64,000 nt of DNA from Vicugna vicugna. Its lineage: Eukaryota. How positions within the stretch are numbered: the first letter of the stretch is position 1; every line of letters begins with the position of its first letter. The stretch lies in the NCBI GenBank assembly GCA_013265495.1, contig MU058781.1, positions 8,165,009 to 8,229,008 on the forward strand, in the 5' to 3' direction. Of the stretch, positions 13,170 to 25,569 are shown piece after piece. The notes beneath the pieces were generated by a model. That model was not told the origin of the DNA. It did not search any database and saw nothing but the letters and a program-made list of their open reading frames with translations. Made by a program: the position numbers and the translations under genes.

Positions 13170-13900
13170 TGAGCTCCAAATTAATAAACAGCAAATAAGA
13201 CGCATAAGAGATAGCCGAGCTCCCCTGACAGCCAATCAAGTTGCTCCCAGCTCACACGGGACATCGTTATACGGTCACTAAAATGCCCAGGGCTTTATCC
13301 TCTACAGGAAGACACGGCTGCTCTGAAGGAGAAAGTGGGGAGGGCGGTGGAGGGAGGAATACGTTTGTTAGGTTTTTTTTTTTTTCCAGAAGCTTAGAAA
13401 CAAAAGAAAATATTGCCTCTTCGCCAGTCAAGGACCTTTTGTGGAGGTTGATGTATGTCAGTCAGGTTTGTGTGTGTGTGTGTAACCGAATGGCCTGTCA
13501 CAGCCTCATTTTCCACAATGCAAGTCTCCCCTAACTGATAACACTCTAAATAACAGGTGAGTGACTCCTGGCAGGAAGGAGATTGTCTGACCTCATTGTT
13601 TGCCTTTTTACCCCCTCTTTGTTCTTCACAAATAAAGGTTTTTTTAATAAACTGAAAGGTCCTCCGCTCTTGCCTGATGATAAAATGAAAGGAACCAGTG
13701 AGGTATGGTACAACGTGGCAGCAAAAAGGGAGAAGCTCATCAGAAAATAACAAAGGTGCAAGTTAAAGATAAGGCAGCTGTCAGAGATTAATCCTGCCCG
13801 CCTGATTGTTTTCTTTAATACCGAAGCCTGCAACAGCCAGCGATAAGTTTGCTGAGTAATTTGGTTTTTGGTGAGGAAATAAAATTCAGGTAGGCCCCGT
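13170..13900. promoter_or_regulatory. Candidate enhancer (GATA/TALE/SOX/E-box cluster)
   Basis: Unique sequence; GATAA at 13536, 13678, 13767 and 13841, AGATAG 13209, TGACAG 13226, CAGCTGTCA 13775, CATTGTT 13594, AGATTAATCC 13785. Confidence 0.45.
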
Positions 13901-14127
13901 AATTGATTTCCCTTTCTTTAGTTTTCTAAACATGAAACAACAACAACAACAACAAAGCCCGGCATGGCTACACCTTCTCTCTTCCAGCTGCACTGCCGTG
14001 CTGTCCTCTCGACCGGGGCCACCCTCGTCACCCCAAAAGCTTCCAAAAGGAGGGTAGGAGTGAGCAAGAAAAGTTCCCCTCTCCCAGCAACGGGAGGGGC
14101 AGCTTACGTGGAATCTTTATGTGCACA

Positions 14128-14572
14128 TCCGTCGGGGACTGCATTGTGCCCCCCCCTCCGGTTAAGGATGTGGAGATCCTTGTCCTTGCTACCTCAGAAG
14201 CTGACCTTATTCAGAAAGAGGGTCTGTGCAGAGGTAAAGTTGAAATGAGGTCTTTAGGGTGGACCCTAATCCAGTCTGACTGGCATCCTTATAAAAAGGG
14301 AACTGTGGGCACGGCACCTGGGGAGATGCCACGTGAAGATGAAGGCAGAGATCCGGGTGCTGCATCTATGGCCAGGTAGTGCCAATGATGGCTGCAAACT
14401 GCAGCAACCAGGAGAGAGGCAGGGAGCAGATCCCTCAGTCTCCAGGAAGAACCAACCCTGCCGGCACCTTGATCTCAGGCTTCTGGCCTCCAGAACCGTG
14501 AGAGAACAAATCTCTGCTGTTTAAGCCACCCAGTTGGTGGTGCTTTGTGACCACGGCCCTAGCAAACTAACA
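14128..14572 (+). mobile_element. MaLR solo LTR (MLT1C-like)
   Basis: tacctcagaagctgaccttattcagaaagagggtc...gggtggaccctaatccag...gtgaagatgaaggcagagat...ctggcctccagaaccgtgagagaacaaat...tttaagccacccag...ccctagcaaactaaca. Confidence 0.88.
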
Positions 14573-15034
14573 GGGCGTCTACCACGAATCCACACACAGG
14601 CAGCGAGGACCCCTCACCTCTAACCTGAATGTCACATTATTCCAGTTTCGCTCGCCATCTTCACGTTCCCACCACCCACACCCCCGTCGGTTTCTCTAGA
14701 GCTTTAGGCATGACTGTGAAGAGGGCAGTCCAGGGAAAGTAAAACCTAAAGGCACATCCCTGTCCCCTCCTGCTGTGCGCGAGAGGAGCAGAGCCCCTCC
14801 CTCCCAGGACGCCAGGGCGTGTGTGGGCACGAATGCACATAGCAGTGCCCTTCCCACGTGGGCACCCTCAACCGCTTCCCCTTTGTAGTCTCAGGTTGCT
14901 GACAGCGCAACCTAGTGCCCATCCCAGAGAGTGACTTGGGAGGCGGATGCTGCTCGGAAGCCCTGGAAGTCAAGCAGTCTCTCCGACTCCCCATCTCCTG
15001 GGTTGACGAAATCCATTTTCATTTTTTCAGATCT

Positions 15035-15190
15035 GCAATCTTCAAATTTGAACGTGCACAGGAATGAATCACCTGGGAATCCTGTTGAAATGCAGACTCT
15101 GACTCAGTAAGTCTGGGGTGGGTCCGCAGAGCCTACATTTCCAACAAGCACTCAGGTGATGCCCACGCTGTGGGCGCGTGGACCACACCT
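15035..15190. mobile_element. MER5A (hAT-Charlie) DNA transposon relic
   Basis: gaatcacctgggaatcctgttgaaatgcagactctgactcagtaagtctggggtggg...tttccaacaagcactcaggtgatg...ggaccacac. Confidence 0.75.
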
Positions 15191-16364
15191 CCCAGAAGGT
15201 GGAGGTGTGGGGACGGTGGCTCAAAAGGGGGGGGGCGTCCCTATGGTGGCCCAGAGGCAAAGCTTTAACTGGCCACACAACTCCGCAGATTCTGATGCTC
15301 TCTGGGCTGGGAAAGCCTTCGGTAGGGTGGAGAAGAAAGCACAAAAAGAAACATCTCTGGGGGTGAAGCTGGTGGGGGATCCCAAAAGCGACCAGTGGTG
15401 CGCATATGCGCACCCAGGCGCAGCCACACCAGCAGCGCCGGCAGCAGCGGAGTCTTATTTATTGGGACAAAATGAACAGCCCCCAGGTTGCTCATCCAGC
15501 AGCTAATTTCTCATCTTATCTATTATGTGAATGAGAAGGGAAAACAGTTTCCTGTTTCTCGCAGATATCACTGACATGAAAGATGCCGACGAATTCCCTG
15601 GAAAACCGTGCAGTCACGTCGGTCCGCGGGCGCGCTGCTTTCGCGCGGAGGAATGGATGCGGCCAGGGCTGCTCTCAGGTGAGAAACGAGTCAAGCAGCA
15701 TCTTTGCAGGCATCCCTTCCCCACCCCGTGTTCACCACCTTGGAAAATGGCTAAGGGGACGACGGGTACTTTTCAGTGGTCACACTTCATGGCCGATTAT
15801 TCCTTGAGGCCCAGATGATTGACCAAGGAGTGGTTCCGTGGCCAAGGCCTTACACGGTCCATCCTCAGCCTGGCCGTGTGGTGGCGTGAAGGATCCTCAG
15901 CGGGAAAGCGGCCCGGCCAGTAGTGCCACCTCCTCCTCCACCCACTCAAGGAGCCTCAACGGCCCACGCACTCACTTCCCAAGGCCCCATCAACCCTTTC
16001 CCCCAGAGAAGGAAGACAGCCCTGTTTAGTGAAACTGAGAGTGTCTGGAGGAATCACAGAACTTCATGCTCATTTGGCTCAATTTTCTTTTGTTAGCAAT
16101 GAAGAAACTGAGGCCCAGAGTGGAAGACAGATCTGGCCAAAGTCACCTGGCAGGTAAACAGCTAAGCCTTTTGGGTCTGTGTGTTGGTGGAGGTCTGGGA
16201 GAAGGCAAGTCTTCAGTGGGGTAAGAGGGTTGTCTAAGGACGGTGAGATGCTCAGAAAAAACCTCCTGATTCACACTGTTCCACATTTGGGCCTGGAAAC
16301 ATAACACACCTGAGAGCAAGTTCTGACGTGGAGAAACAGAGAGGCAGCCCCACACGGGAGGGTC

Positions 16365-16630
16365 CCAAGCTGGGCTGCTCATTGTAATCATTGGAGGGCA
16401 TGTTTGAAAATGCTGATGACTGGGCCCCACCTCTGACGAACTGAACCTGAATCTCTCAGGTCTCACAGTCCCCATGAGCTTGTTAGGAATGCAAACTCTA
16501 GGTCCCACCCTGTCCAGCTGAGCCAGATTCCCCCACGTGTTCAGGTTTGAGATGCAAGTGTGCCCAGGCCCAATCCTAGGCCAAAGAAACTGGAATCTCT
16601 GATGGGTGAGGCCTGCCGTGAGTGGTTTTT
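16365..16630. mobile_element. MER5-family fragments
   Basis: tttgaaaatgctgatgactgggccccacc...ctgaatctctc; gagcttgttaggaatgcaaactctaggtcccaccc; ggaatctctgatgggtgaggcc. Confidence 0.55.
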
Positions 16631-16994
16631 AGAGCGGCAGGGACCATGGAGAGGACAGCGGGGCACAAAATGGAAGCTCAAAGCCTTCAAGACATGTTGA
16701 TCCGTATTCCAGTTTTGCAAAGGCCCTGGTATCTTCAGGAAAAGGAAATGTGGGTTAGGAAGTGGAGACCAGAGAGGTGGTCTGGCTCAGCTCAGTCAGT
16801 TTTATCACCTGGAGTCAATCACAGCTGACTCCAGCCATCTAGATCAAAAGTCTGATGACCTATGTTCACTTTGAAACAGGCCAAGAGCAGCGAAATGACT
16901 CAAGCCCCAGTGCACCCTACTGGAGAAGTAAGGGAAGGGAACAAGGTGGGTGGTATATAATAGCTGTTAGAAGCAAAACTAGCTCCTAGGATCA

Positions 16995-17175
16995 GAAACA
17001 GCTCTGCTGCAGCTCTAGCCTTGGGCAAATTACTTAACCTCAGAGCCTCAGTTTGCTCATCTGTAAAATGGGGAAAATAACAATTCATTCATGGAGTCAT
17101 TGTGACCTGTCAGGAGCTAAATGTGTGTAAAGCCATTGACAGTTTGGGGTACCTATGTGCAAGAGCAGTAGCTGT
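16995..17175 (+). mobile_element. MIR SINE
   Basis: ccttgggcaaattacttaacctcagagcctcagtttgctcatctgtaaaatgggg. Confidence 0.8.
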
Positions 17176-18192
17176 AATTAGTAGTAATCCAATTTCAACT
17201 CCATGGTCATTTTGAGGAAGATTTTAAGTTAGTCAAAGACAGACGTGACATGAACAACAGTCTTCTCTTTCCAGAGTGAAAAACTAATGTTGTGGTTTAT
17301 AAATAACTCTCCTGGCTGTGGAAGACTATTATCTCTGTCTCCTCAAGGCAGGCCTGGTTTAATTCACTGCAGTGGTTTCCTACAAATGTAAAAAGAAGAA
17401 CAAGGATGAAGAAAACACAAGAAAACATGAGGAGGCATTAAAATCCAAAAAGACATTAACTGACAGGGAAAAGGGAGCAAGGAACTAGGTTAAAATTATG
17501 CGGAAGACCCTCTAGATAGATACCAGAGTGAAAAGACCGCTAATTGAAGAATGAGGGAGTTTTCTTAACCAGTGCTAGCTGAGTAAAAATATAATTAGCT
17601 TTGATTCATGAAGATTGCTACAATATGACTCATTTACCAAAACAGTTACTAGCAGAATTACATTTGTTACTGTAAGAAGACCACGTGGGAGCGAGGGCTG
17701 TAGTAAATACCAAATAATGTTTCTACTTTTCCAGTGGCACCTTGAAAAGGGGTTTTGTTTCCTCATCAGCAGTTTTCTGTGACGCTGCTGCTCTCAGCAG
17801 GGCCCTCGGCAGTTACCAGGAACACAGAGGCCCTCTGGAGAGATGGGAAATGCTAATGTAGCTGCTCCCAGCCTGGGCCTTGGGAAGGTCCCGCCTCACC
17901 GGCTGGAGCCCAGCACTGTCCAGGTTTCAGACTTCTTCTCTCCCAGTGAAGTCGCAGCACCTCGGCGGCTGAGCCCCTGGCCTCGTGCCTAGCATGCTCA
18001 TGTCTCTCCCCTCAGAGATTCCACACACGCCTCGAAATTGGAAGACCTTCCTTATTGTTCATTGGTTTTCCGATTGCTCTAAGAAGGGAAAGCCAGTGTT
18101 TTTCTTTTCAGATGTTTTCTCTTTAAGTCCACTGTGGAGGCTAGGTGCTGATTGCCTTAGCACAGAGTCCTTTACAGATTCAAATCTTCAGC

Positions 18193-18315
18193 GGGGAGGG
18201 TATAGCTCAGTGGTAGAGTGTGGGCTTAGCATGCATGAGGTCCTGGGTTCAATCCCCAGGGCCTCCATTAACAAATAAATAAATAAACCTAATTACCTCC
18301 CCCACCGCAAAAAAA
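18193..18315 (+). mobile_element. Camelid tRNA-derived SINE (Vic-1 type)
   Basis: ggggagggtatagctcagtggtagag (A box)...gaggtcctgggttcaatcccc (B box)...taaataaataaacctaattacctcccc plus A tail; degenerate TSD agattca... on both sides. Confidence 0.9.
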
Positions 18316-18987
18316 GATTCAGGCCTTTAACAATCTGTGTGCAGACTTAAGGGAAGATGGCAGGAGACGCCAAGCAGAAGGAATCTCAAGGGAAAAGGGG
18401 ACCTTAGAGAAGTTCTGGCCCAACCTCCTTAAGGATGGACACAGGCCTGGAGGTATGTGTGTGGAAATGCTGAGAGGAGCCGTGTGTTTTATAAAAATAG
18501 AATGAATGGAAGGCACAGGAAGAAAGAAGATGCACCTCTCGCATAGGGAGCAAGCACCATAGGGAGAAACATCCAGAACAAGGCAGCGGCAGACAGTTCT
18601 TCAAGTACAAGAGTCATGAAAATAAATCCAGCTTACAAGCCTAATGAAGAACATCTCAGAGCAGGTTGAAACCCTAACTGATACAAATGAGGATCATCAG
18701 CTTCCCTGGGCTCTTCTGTTCAGTGTAGGACAAGAATCGTGCAAATAGAAGGAGATGACCAGGGCTGTGATGGCAGAATTACAACCCCTCCAGACCCAAA
18801 TCTGCTTGGAGGCCTGAAGACCATCAGTGTAAGCGATGCTTGGCTGTCCTCATTCTCAGGTAATTAATATTTTAAGAACCACCCACATCTCTTTCTTCCA
18901 AATACGCATAAGTGCACCAGTATTTCCCTAAAGCCTAGAAGCTAAAGGTGATCCTGGAGAGGATTCTCAGGCCGAGCCAGACCACAC

Positions 18988-19140
18988 ACTATTTACTAAG
19001 TCCTACAACTTACTAGGCATTGGGCTAAGTGCTTCACATGCGTTATTTCATTAATTGCATCCACAGGCCTGGGATGTAGGGATTATCAATACCCCCATTT
19101 TAAAGAAAAGGATAACTGAGACTCAGAGAGGTTGAGAATA
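18988..19140 (-). mobile_element. MIR SINE
   Basis: atttactaagtcctac...ctaagtgcttcacatgcgttatttcattaat...ccccattttaaaga...aactgagactcagagaggtt. Confidence 0.75.
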
Positions 19141-19149
19141 TATGAATAA

Positions 19150-20150
19150 AGGCAATGTTGGGACAATATTGAAGGCAGGGAGACCAGTAGCAAATATTGA
19201 CTCAAGAGAAATGATGACAGATGTATAGCAATGGGAGTGGAAATGGAAAATATGATACAGATCTGAGAAGCATTTATGAGGCTGAATTATCAGGACTTAG
19301 CAATAGGTTGATATAAGAAGGGGAGAAACTTGGGGGTCTCCCAGTCTTGGGAAAATGAACAAAGAATGAGAACAGTGCACAGGGAAGATGATGAGTCTAG
19401 ACCAATGTTGAATTTGATGTGTCGGATGGCTTTTCAAGTGGGAGATGACCAGCATTCATTGGGATCTATGAGTTCAAGGGTGAAAGCAGACATTAAAGCT
19501 AGAAAAATAGGAATGTGTGTTCTTATCACATGGGAGGCCAGCAATACACATGGCCGAGGTTCTCTAGATTCTGAAGAGCAGTGAACACAGAACAGAATCC
19601 CAGTGCTCATCAATTTTTAAGGGAGGCCAAGAGGAGAAACGATCATAGAAGAAGCATTAAGAACCCGCACAATCTGGTGTAATTAAAGCCAATGAATTCA
19701 AGATTCAAGAAGGTGATATCAGCAGTTCAAATAACCAGAAAAGTCTAGGTGGCCAATTAATTAACATAAAAGTGGCCCCTTGAATGTATAGCCTGACGGA
19801 AGTAGAAATCAGATGATAAAGTTTGAGTAAGTACGAGATGGAGATGTTATGACAATACAGTGTAGAACAGACTTGCAAGAAGTTTGGCTCTGAAAGGAAG
19901 GGAAACCCTACCACCATGGAGGTGGGTGGTGTCAATGGAATTGTTTTGTTTTGGGGGTTTTTTTTTCTTAAGGATAGGAGAGTCTTATGGATGAGATGAG
20001 GGAAATCTAGCCAATAGAAATAGGGGAGATTTTATGACACAAGGTCCAGAAATGATATGAGAGTTGGAATCAAGGGGTAAGCTTGAACCTCAGAAGGGGT
20101 GCCCTATCTCCTGGAGGAAGAATGGGTTCAAAACTACTTCAGACAGGAAG
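19150..20150 (-). mobile_element. L2 internal fragment
   Basis: Purine-rich antisense L2 text: gaaggcagggagaccagtag, agatctgagaagcatttatgagg, caagaagtttggctctgaaaggaagg. Confidence 0.55.
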
Positions 20151-23100
20151 TGAAGGAAGGCCGTATATGGTCATATACCACCCCTAGCATTTTCTGAGAC
20201 CAAACCAATGCTCACTTATCTATGTCTGAATATTTAAAACTTACAAATCAAACCCCAAAACCAGGTAAAGAGAGTATGTTCCATTGGTGGGCTAGATATC
20301 TTGACAAAAATACCTTCTTTAAAACTTGGGAAGCCACACTCTATTTTAGGATCTTCGTGCCTCAGCATTCGGCACTGGAACACAGAGGCATGGGAGAGCC
20401 AGAACCAGCCCATGACCCAGTCGTCCTCTCTTCCTCCTCGTGGTACTCCAAGGCACCTGACAGGTCACACTTGTGTTCACCCAAGCCTGTGTGCCCAGGC
20501 AAACAGCCGTCCCTTCCCCGGCCACCCCTTGGGCCTAGGAGATGGACACACAGTGGGTTCATCCATCTTTGGAGAAAGGATTTGGGGAAGAGGCCCATGA
20601 CTATCTGTGCAAGGAATTCTGGGGTATAGCATACTGACAGCATTTGGGATGAGTGCCCAGGAAAGTACCCAAAGCAGGCTCTGGATGGACATGCCCCCTT
20701 CGCGCCACACACCCTTACCCTGTGGGGAGGAGCCCAGGTGGCCGAGGCCAGAATGGTGCCCTGCAAAGCACAGGCTTCAGCGCAGGGCCCCGCTTGCCGA
20801 GTCTATGTGTGGAACAGTCTGATAGCTTCCATTTTCTTAATAAAACACAAAGCTAAGTTTATTTGCTGAGACAATTTAGGTGGAGATCCATCCAGAGGAA
20901 TGAATGCCATATTGATTCTTTGGTTAAAAAAACTCTTGGGAAACATAGTATCCAAGCAGTTTGCCATGAGAATTTGTTTCTTAACTTGAAATAGAACCAT
21001 GTACCAGGCAAGCAAATGTTGATTGGAATTTCTAAGGTGCCACACCTTACGGGCATTCACTTGGTACGTTTTTTTTCCTCCTCGCTGCCAACCTGAATGG
21101 GCCCATACAGTTTGCTTTGTGACAAAAGCATGAACTGGAAAGGGGGGGAAATGTGTGTCACATGCTCTACTTCAAAGTCAGAGGGCTGTTAAAGCTGACT
21201 TTCGCCCAGGAGTCCCCAGCAGTGTTGAGAACAGGTCACCTTCAGAATGATCATGAAAACTGCTCGGCTTTATTGCAGGAGGGCCTTTCTCCTGCCCTAA
21301 AGGCAAGTCTAAGTTCAGACGACGTCAATGGCCCACAGAGACAGGGGCCCCCAGAAGGTGGGATGTCCAGAGGGCATTTTTTTAAATCTTTAAATCATAT
21401 GAACTTTTTTTTTCCCCCAAGAAAATGAAATGCTTCAAAAAGGAAGATAGCATGAATTAAATCATGGAGCAATGACTAAACACAGTTATATAATGTTTAA
21501 AATATTTTTATACGTTTGTAAAATTTTGATAATGTTACTTTAAAAGAACCTGAAGTCATCTCCGTGTAATATTATAGCTGAACATTGACCAAACGGTGCT
21601 TTTTAAAATACCAAGATTTTAAAGACCCTTTCGATCATAAATTTCCTATAATGGCTGCTGAAATCTTATTATCTGCATTTTATTGCTTAGGAAAACTAAA
21701 ATATAGAGCAGTTAAGTGACTGCCCAGTGAACAAGGGACAGAATTGGAAATAGCACCCAATATTTCATCCTACCTATGAGTCATACTTCTTGCTAACCCA
21801 GAGTTGCCTCTTTGCACGCTAATCTACTTTCGACTCAGGGCTGTCGAAGTCCTCAGTCAGCACCTAGCTATGTACTCATTTTTTAAAAACAATTTCGTTA
21901 CAAAAGGAAGAAGGATCGAACTTGAAACTTTGTCTTTGAAGACAAAATAACTTAAGACCACATGTCAATAAAAGGAAGTCCTGGGTTAGAAGAGGAGTAG
22001 AAAGGAAAATGTTCAAGAATTTAGATTAAATTCATGCATAATGTATTAATAATTTATGGCCTTATTTTAAATATCTCTGCTGCCAGAACACTCCTCCCCC
22101 ACTTTAATTTATCTTGTCTTATAGTGATTATTATTAACTACTTTATATTTAGGTCTATGTAATCATATTTTATTTTCCCTACTAAATTCCATGGCAGTGA
22201 GTGTGTCTCATGTGTTGTGTGTCTTCCACAGTGCATAACAATGCCTTGCTTAAGGTAGCTGCTCATAAGATGTTGCTGAATGAAAGAGACAGAGAGAGAG
22301 AGAGAATATTTTAGATTACCTCACTCGCCTAAGATTGATGTCCAGCAGAACCAGGGCTACCCATTAGCTAAAACCTAGGACAGAGCACTGGGTGGGATGA
22401 ATTGCAGGTCGAAACCAGGAGCAAATCTCATGCTCTAAAAACACAAACCAAATGAAGTCTCCTGGGCCAGAGAAAAACTGCTATTGGGATTAAAAAAAGA
22501 AAAGAAAATAGATACAAATTCTTCAATCAGTTTCTGTTCTGACTTGCAAGGAAGAGGTTACATGTATTTCTCATAGCCCAAAAGACTACCTCAATAAGAA
22601 ATACAAATCTTAAGGGAAAGGTATTTATTTCCATTATACAGAGAACTCCTTGATGGTGAACTTGTACTCAGGGAAAATCTGTTTATTGTGAAGTAAAAAG
22701 GCAAGTCCCAGATAATTATGGAGCATCCTGCCCAGCCGAAGAAGGAAGTCAGTAACAGTATTCCAATGTGTATTGTATCTAAACTAAACTACAAAAGTAG
22801 CTTTTTACCATTGCATGCAAATGATGTCTGGAATATAGCCTAGTTTGCATAATTGCACAGCTGTGGGCAGTCTGGCTTCCAAAATTTAGGATGCGTCTTG
22901 ATAGCATGTGTCAGACCCATAGAAGGGTTAATTTTGAAAACAGCCACTTTCCTATACAGATGGAGACAGAGTGCCACCACCAATGTTTAATCAATCAATA
23001 GGCATTTATTCCTATGATATAAAGTTTACATTAGCCTCCATCTGGAGCAAGTGAGGAATAAGGAAGGAAATCTGTCAAAAGCAAAATTACTTCTTGTTAG

Positions 23101-23414
23101 CTTTGCCCCCGTAATTTCAGTTCAGCTTAGTACATGTTAATCTTTTTTATGACTTAAATAAAGCAATGAAAGTGATTATACTTTAACCCTCTTGTGAATT
23201 TCTCAAACACTTTCATCTAAACCCAACAATTTAGACTGTGCTCGGGATGAGCTGTCAGATCACTCTGTCTCAGAACATGATCAGATAATTGGCCAGTTAC
23301 TTTGTAGTTTCCATTTCTTCCCTGGTTCAGTTTAAACCCTGTCGTTCTAGGTTTCTCATCCCCTCTCTTCTGCAACAACTCTGCTCTCCGTTGTAATTTC
23401 CAAGCATAGGAAGC

Positions 23415-23650
23415 AACGTTGTAGAATATATGAGTATGGATTTTAGGTTCAAATAGACTCACATTTGAATTCCCATTCCATGGAATTGCCTGTATGAGTC
23501 TCTAAACAGTGTGTCCACCCCCTTCAAGACTCAGTTTCTTTATCTGTAAAATGGTGACACTAATACCTGTCTTGTCAAGTTGTTGTGGAAACTTAAATGA
23601 AACAACGTGTGTAAAATGCCTGGTGCAGGCAGACCACTTAATTCATGGCA
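23415..23650 (+). mobile_element. MIR SINE
   Basis: ctcagtttctttatctgtaaaatggtgacactaatacctgtctt...ttgttgtgga...ttaaatgaaacaacgtgtgtaaaatgcctgg. Confidence 0.75.
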
Positions 23651-25550
23651 GTGTTTTTTCTCTACCCTCAAATGGAATCACTTGCTTTCTCTGCATTTAG
23701 AATAGTCTTTTGTTGGTGGTGTTTGTTTCATTTGCTAGATTATAGCTTAATAATTTATGTGGTCAAAGAACAGTGTAGAGGCAACAAACTTGCCTCTTTT
23801 ATTTCTGAAAAGCCTACTTAGTAAAAGGGGGGAAAAGATCCACCAAGCAAAGGTACTCAGCTGATCACTGGGAAGTAAGATTATTTATTATTGATTTGAT
23901 TATGAGTTTGATATATTATATGTTATATGCAGAAAACCTCCAGGTAGAAAACAGAGACCTGCTGCCTTTGTGTTTAAGTTCCCAGATCGATGCTGGCAGT
24001 ATGAGGCAATCCAAAGACACAGTTCCCGCTGTGGTGATTTCTATTTAGTTTAGGGTGATGTGGGCAGCCTCTCGAATGCACCCTAAAATCAGTAGGTCCT
24101 AATGAATAATGAATAAAGGTTTACTCCCAAACCAGGCCATCAGATGGGAAGTCTAAGTTGATTTCACAATCTGAACCATTGTTCACCCACTTGCTCTTCT
24201 TCTTGCTTTCTGTCTGTCCTACTTTTCTGTTCACAAGCTGCTAAACCACCAGGCAAACCTACCGCATGTAACAAGTTCAGCCTGCTTCTGTAGTCTAATG
24301 TAGTCCTGGAGCCACAATTAGAAAGTCTACTAGAGTGCAGGTTCTGAGTATGTGGTCATTCTTATATTGTTAGGATCCCCAAGGTTATCCACTGGGCATG
24401 CTCACAGCACAGAAGCACACCTGTCAAGGTGGAACAGTGGTTTTTGATAGGCCCTCCTGAGAGGTGCCAGGAGAGGACAGAATGTAGCCAATAACCAATC
24501 ACTGGGCAGAGAGTGAGGCACACATTACGTTTCCTCCTCATTCTTTAAACCGACCTAAGTCAGATTCTAAGCTCCAGCCCTCTGATGGCTAGAAAAGCCA
24601 GGCTCAGTCACCATGGGAGCCCCCACACACACAAAGATCTGTGGATCTTAAGTAGGAGTAAACCTCAGAAGGGCCCCACTGGCCACGAGACGCTGGGGGA
24701 CACAGAATATACCACTGGGGTCTCCATGGCTCCAGCCCTTCAGGACACAGCAGCTCACTTGCTTCTGCTCCACTCGTGGGGCTCAGAAGATCTTTGATGA
24801 CCTGGTGGGGCAGACATGCTCTGTTAGTGCCCTCGCTTGGGTGGCTGCCGCTGGGGTCCCTGCTCCCCGCTGCTATTGGCACTCACCAACCTCCAGCCTC
24901 CACCCAGGCCAGGGTGAACCATCTCTCCTGTCCTCTCCCAGTGCTCTCAAAAGCACGCCTTAATCTCCCCTCCTTCTCTGGGGAGACCTAATTTTGCCTG
25001 AGATTAGGCTTTTACAAAAATCTGAACGAGCTTCGACTCCTGAGACAAGAGAGGGCAAACTCTGGGTGTCTGTTGGAAATGGGAAGGGTGGATGTGACTT
25101 GGAAAAGGAAGCAAAACTGAAATCTCAGAAAATTATCCTGTCCTGTTTGGTCTCATAAACAAGCAGGAGACAAGAACTACCCTTGACTCCTTGTCCTGGG
25201 AACTGGGTAGGACTGATGTTCCTGATAGAGAAGTAGTAGGAGCCACAATTAAGTGCATCAGCTCCAGGGACACTGGCTGAGTGTGAGAACTGAGAAATAA
25301 CCTGGGTGTTTCAGGGTGGCGCCCCGTCTGCCTTCCCACCCAGCCCTCCAGTGATTCTGGGCAGAGGTGCACAAGAGCTGGGAGTAGGAGTGGATTCAGT
25401 GAAACTGGGAAGACGAAGCGAAGGCATCGTAATACCAAAAGCCCGGCAGGAGTCTGCACACACAGGACCATCCTACCTTCGAGCCTAAAATCCAGCGGAT
25501 TGTTTTGGGAAGGAGTCCTGCCATCAGCAGCCAAAGGAGGGACTAGATTA

Positions 25551-25569
25551 ATGCCAGCAGGGGGCGCTG
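25551..25569 (+). promoter_or_regulatory. CTCF binding motif (perfect core)
   Basis: ATGCCAGCAGGGGGCGCTG; core CCAGCAGGGGGCGC (25554-25567) matches CCASYAGRKGGCRS at 14/14 positions. Confidence 0.7.

Noticed and set aside
18193..18270. tRNA gene (also 30280-30355)
   Set aside because: The A/B boxes are followed by a shared SINE-specific tail, an A-rich end and TSDs; these are tRNA-derived SINEs
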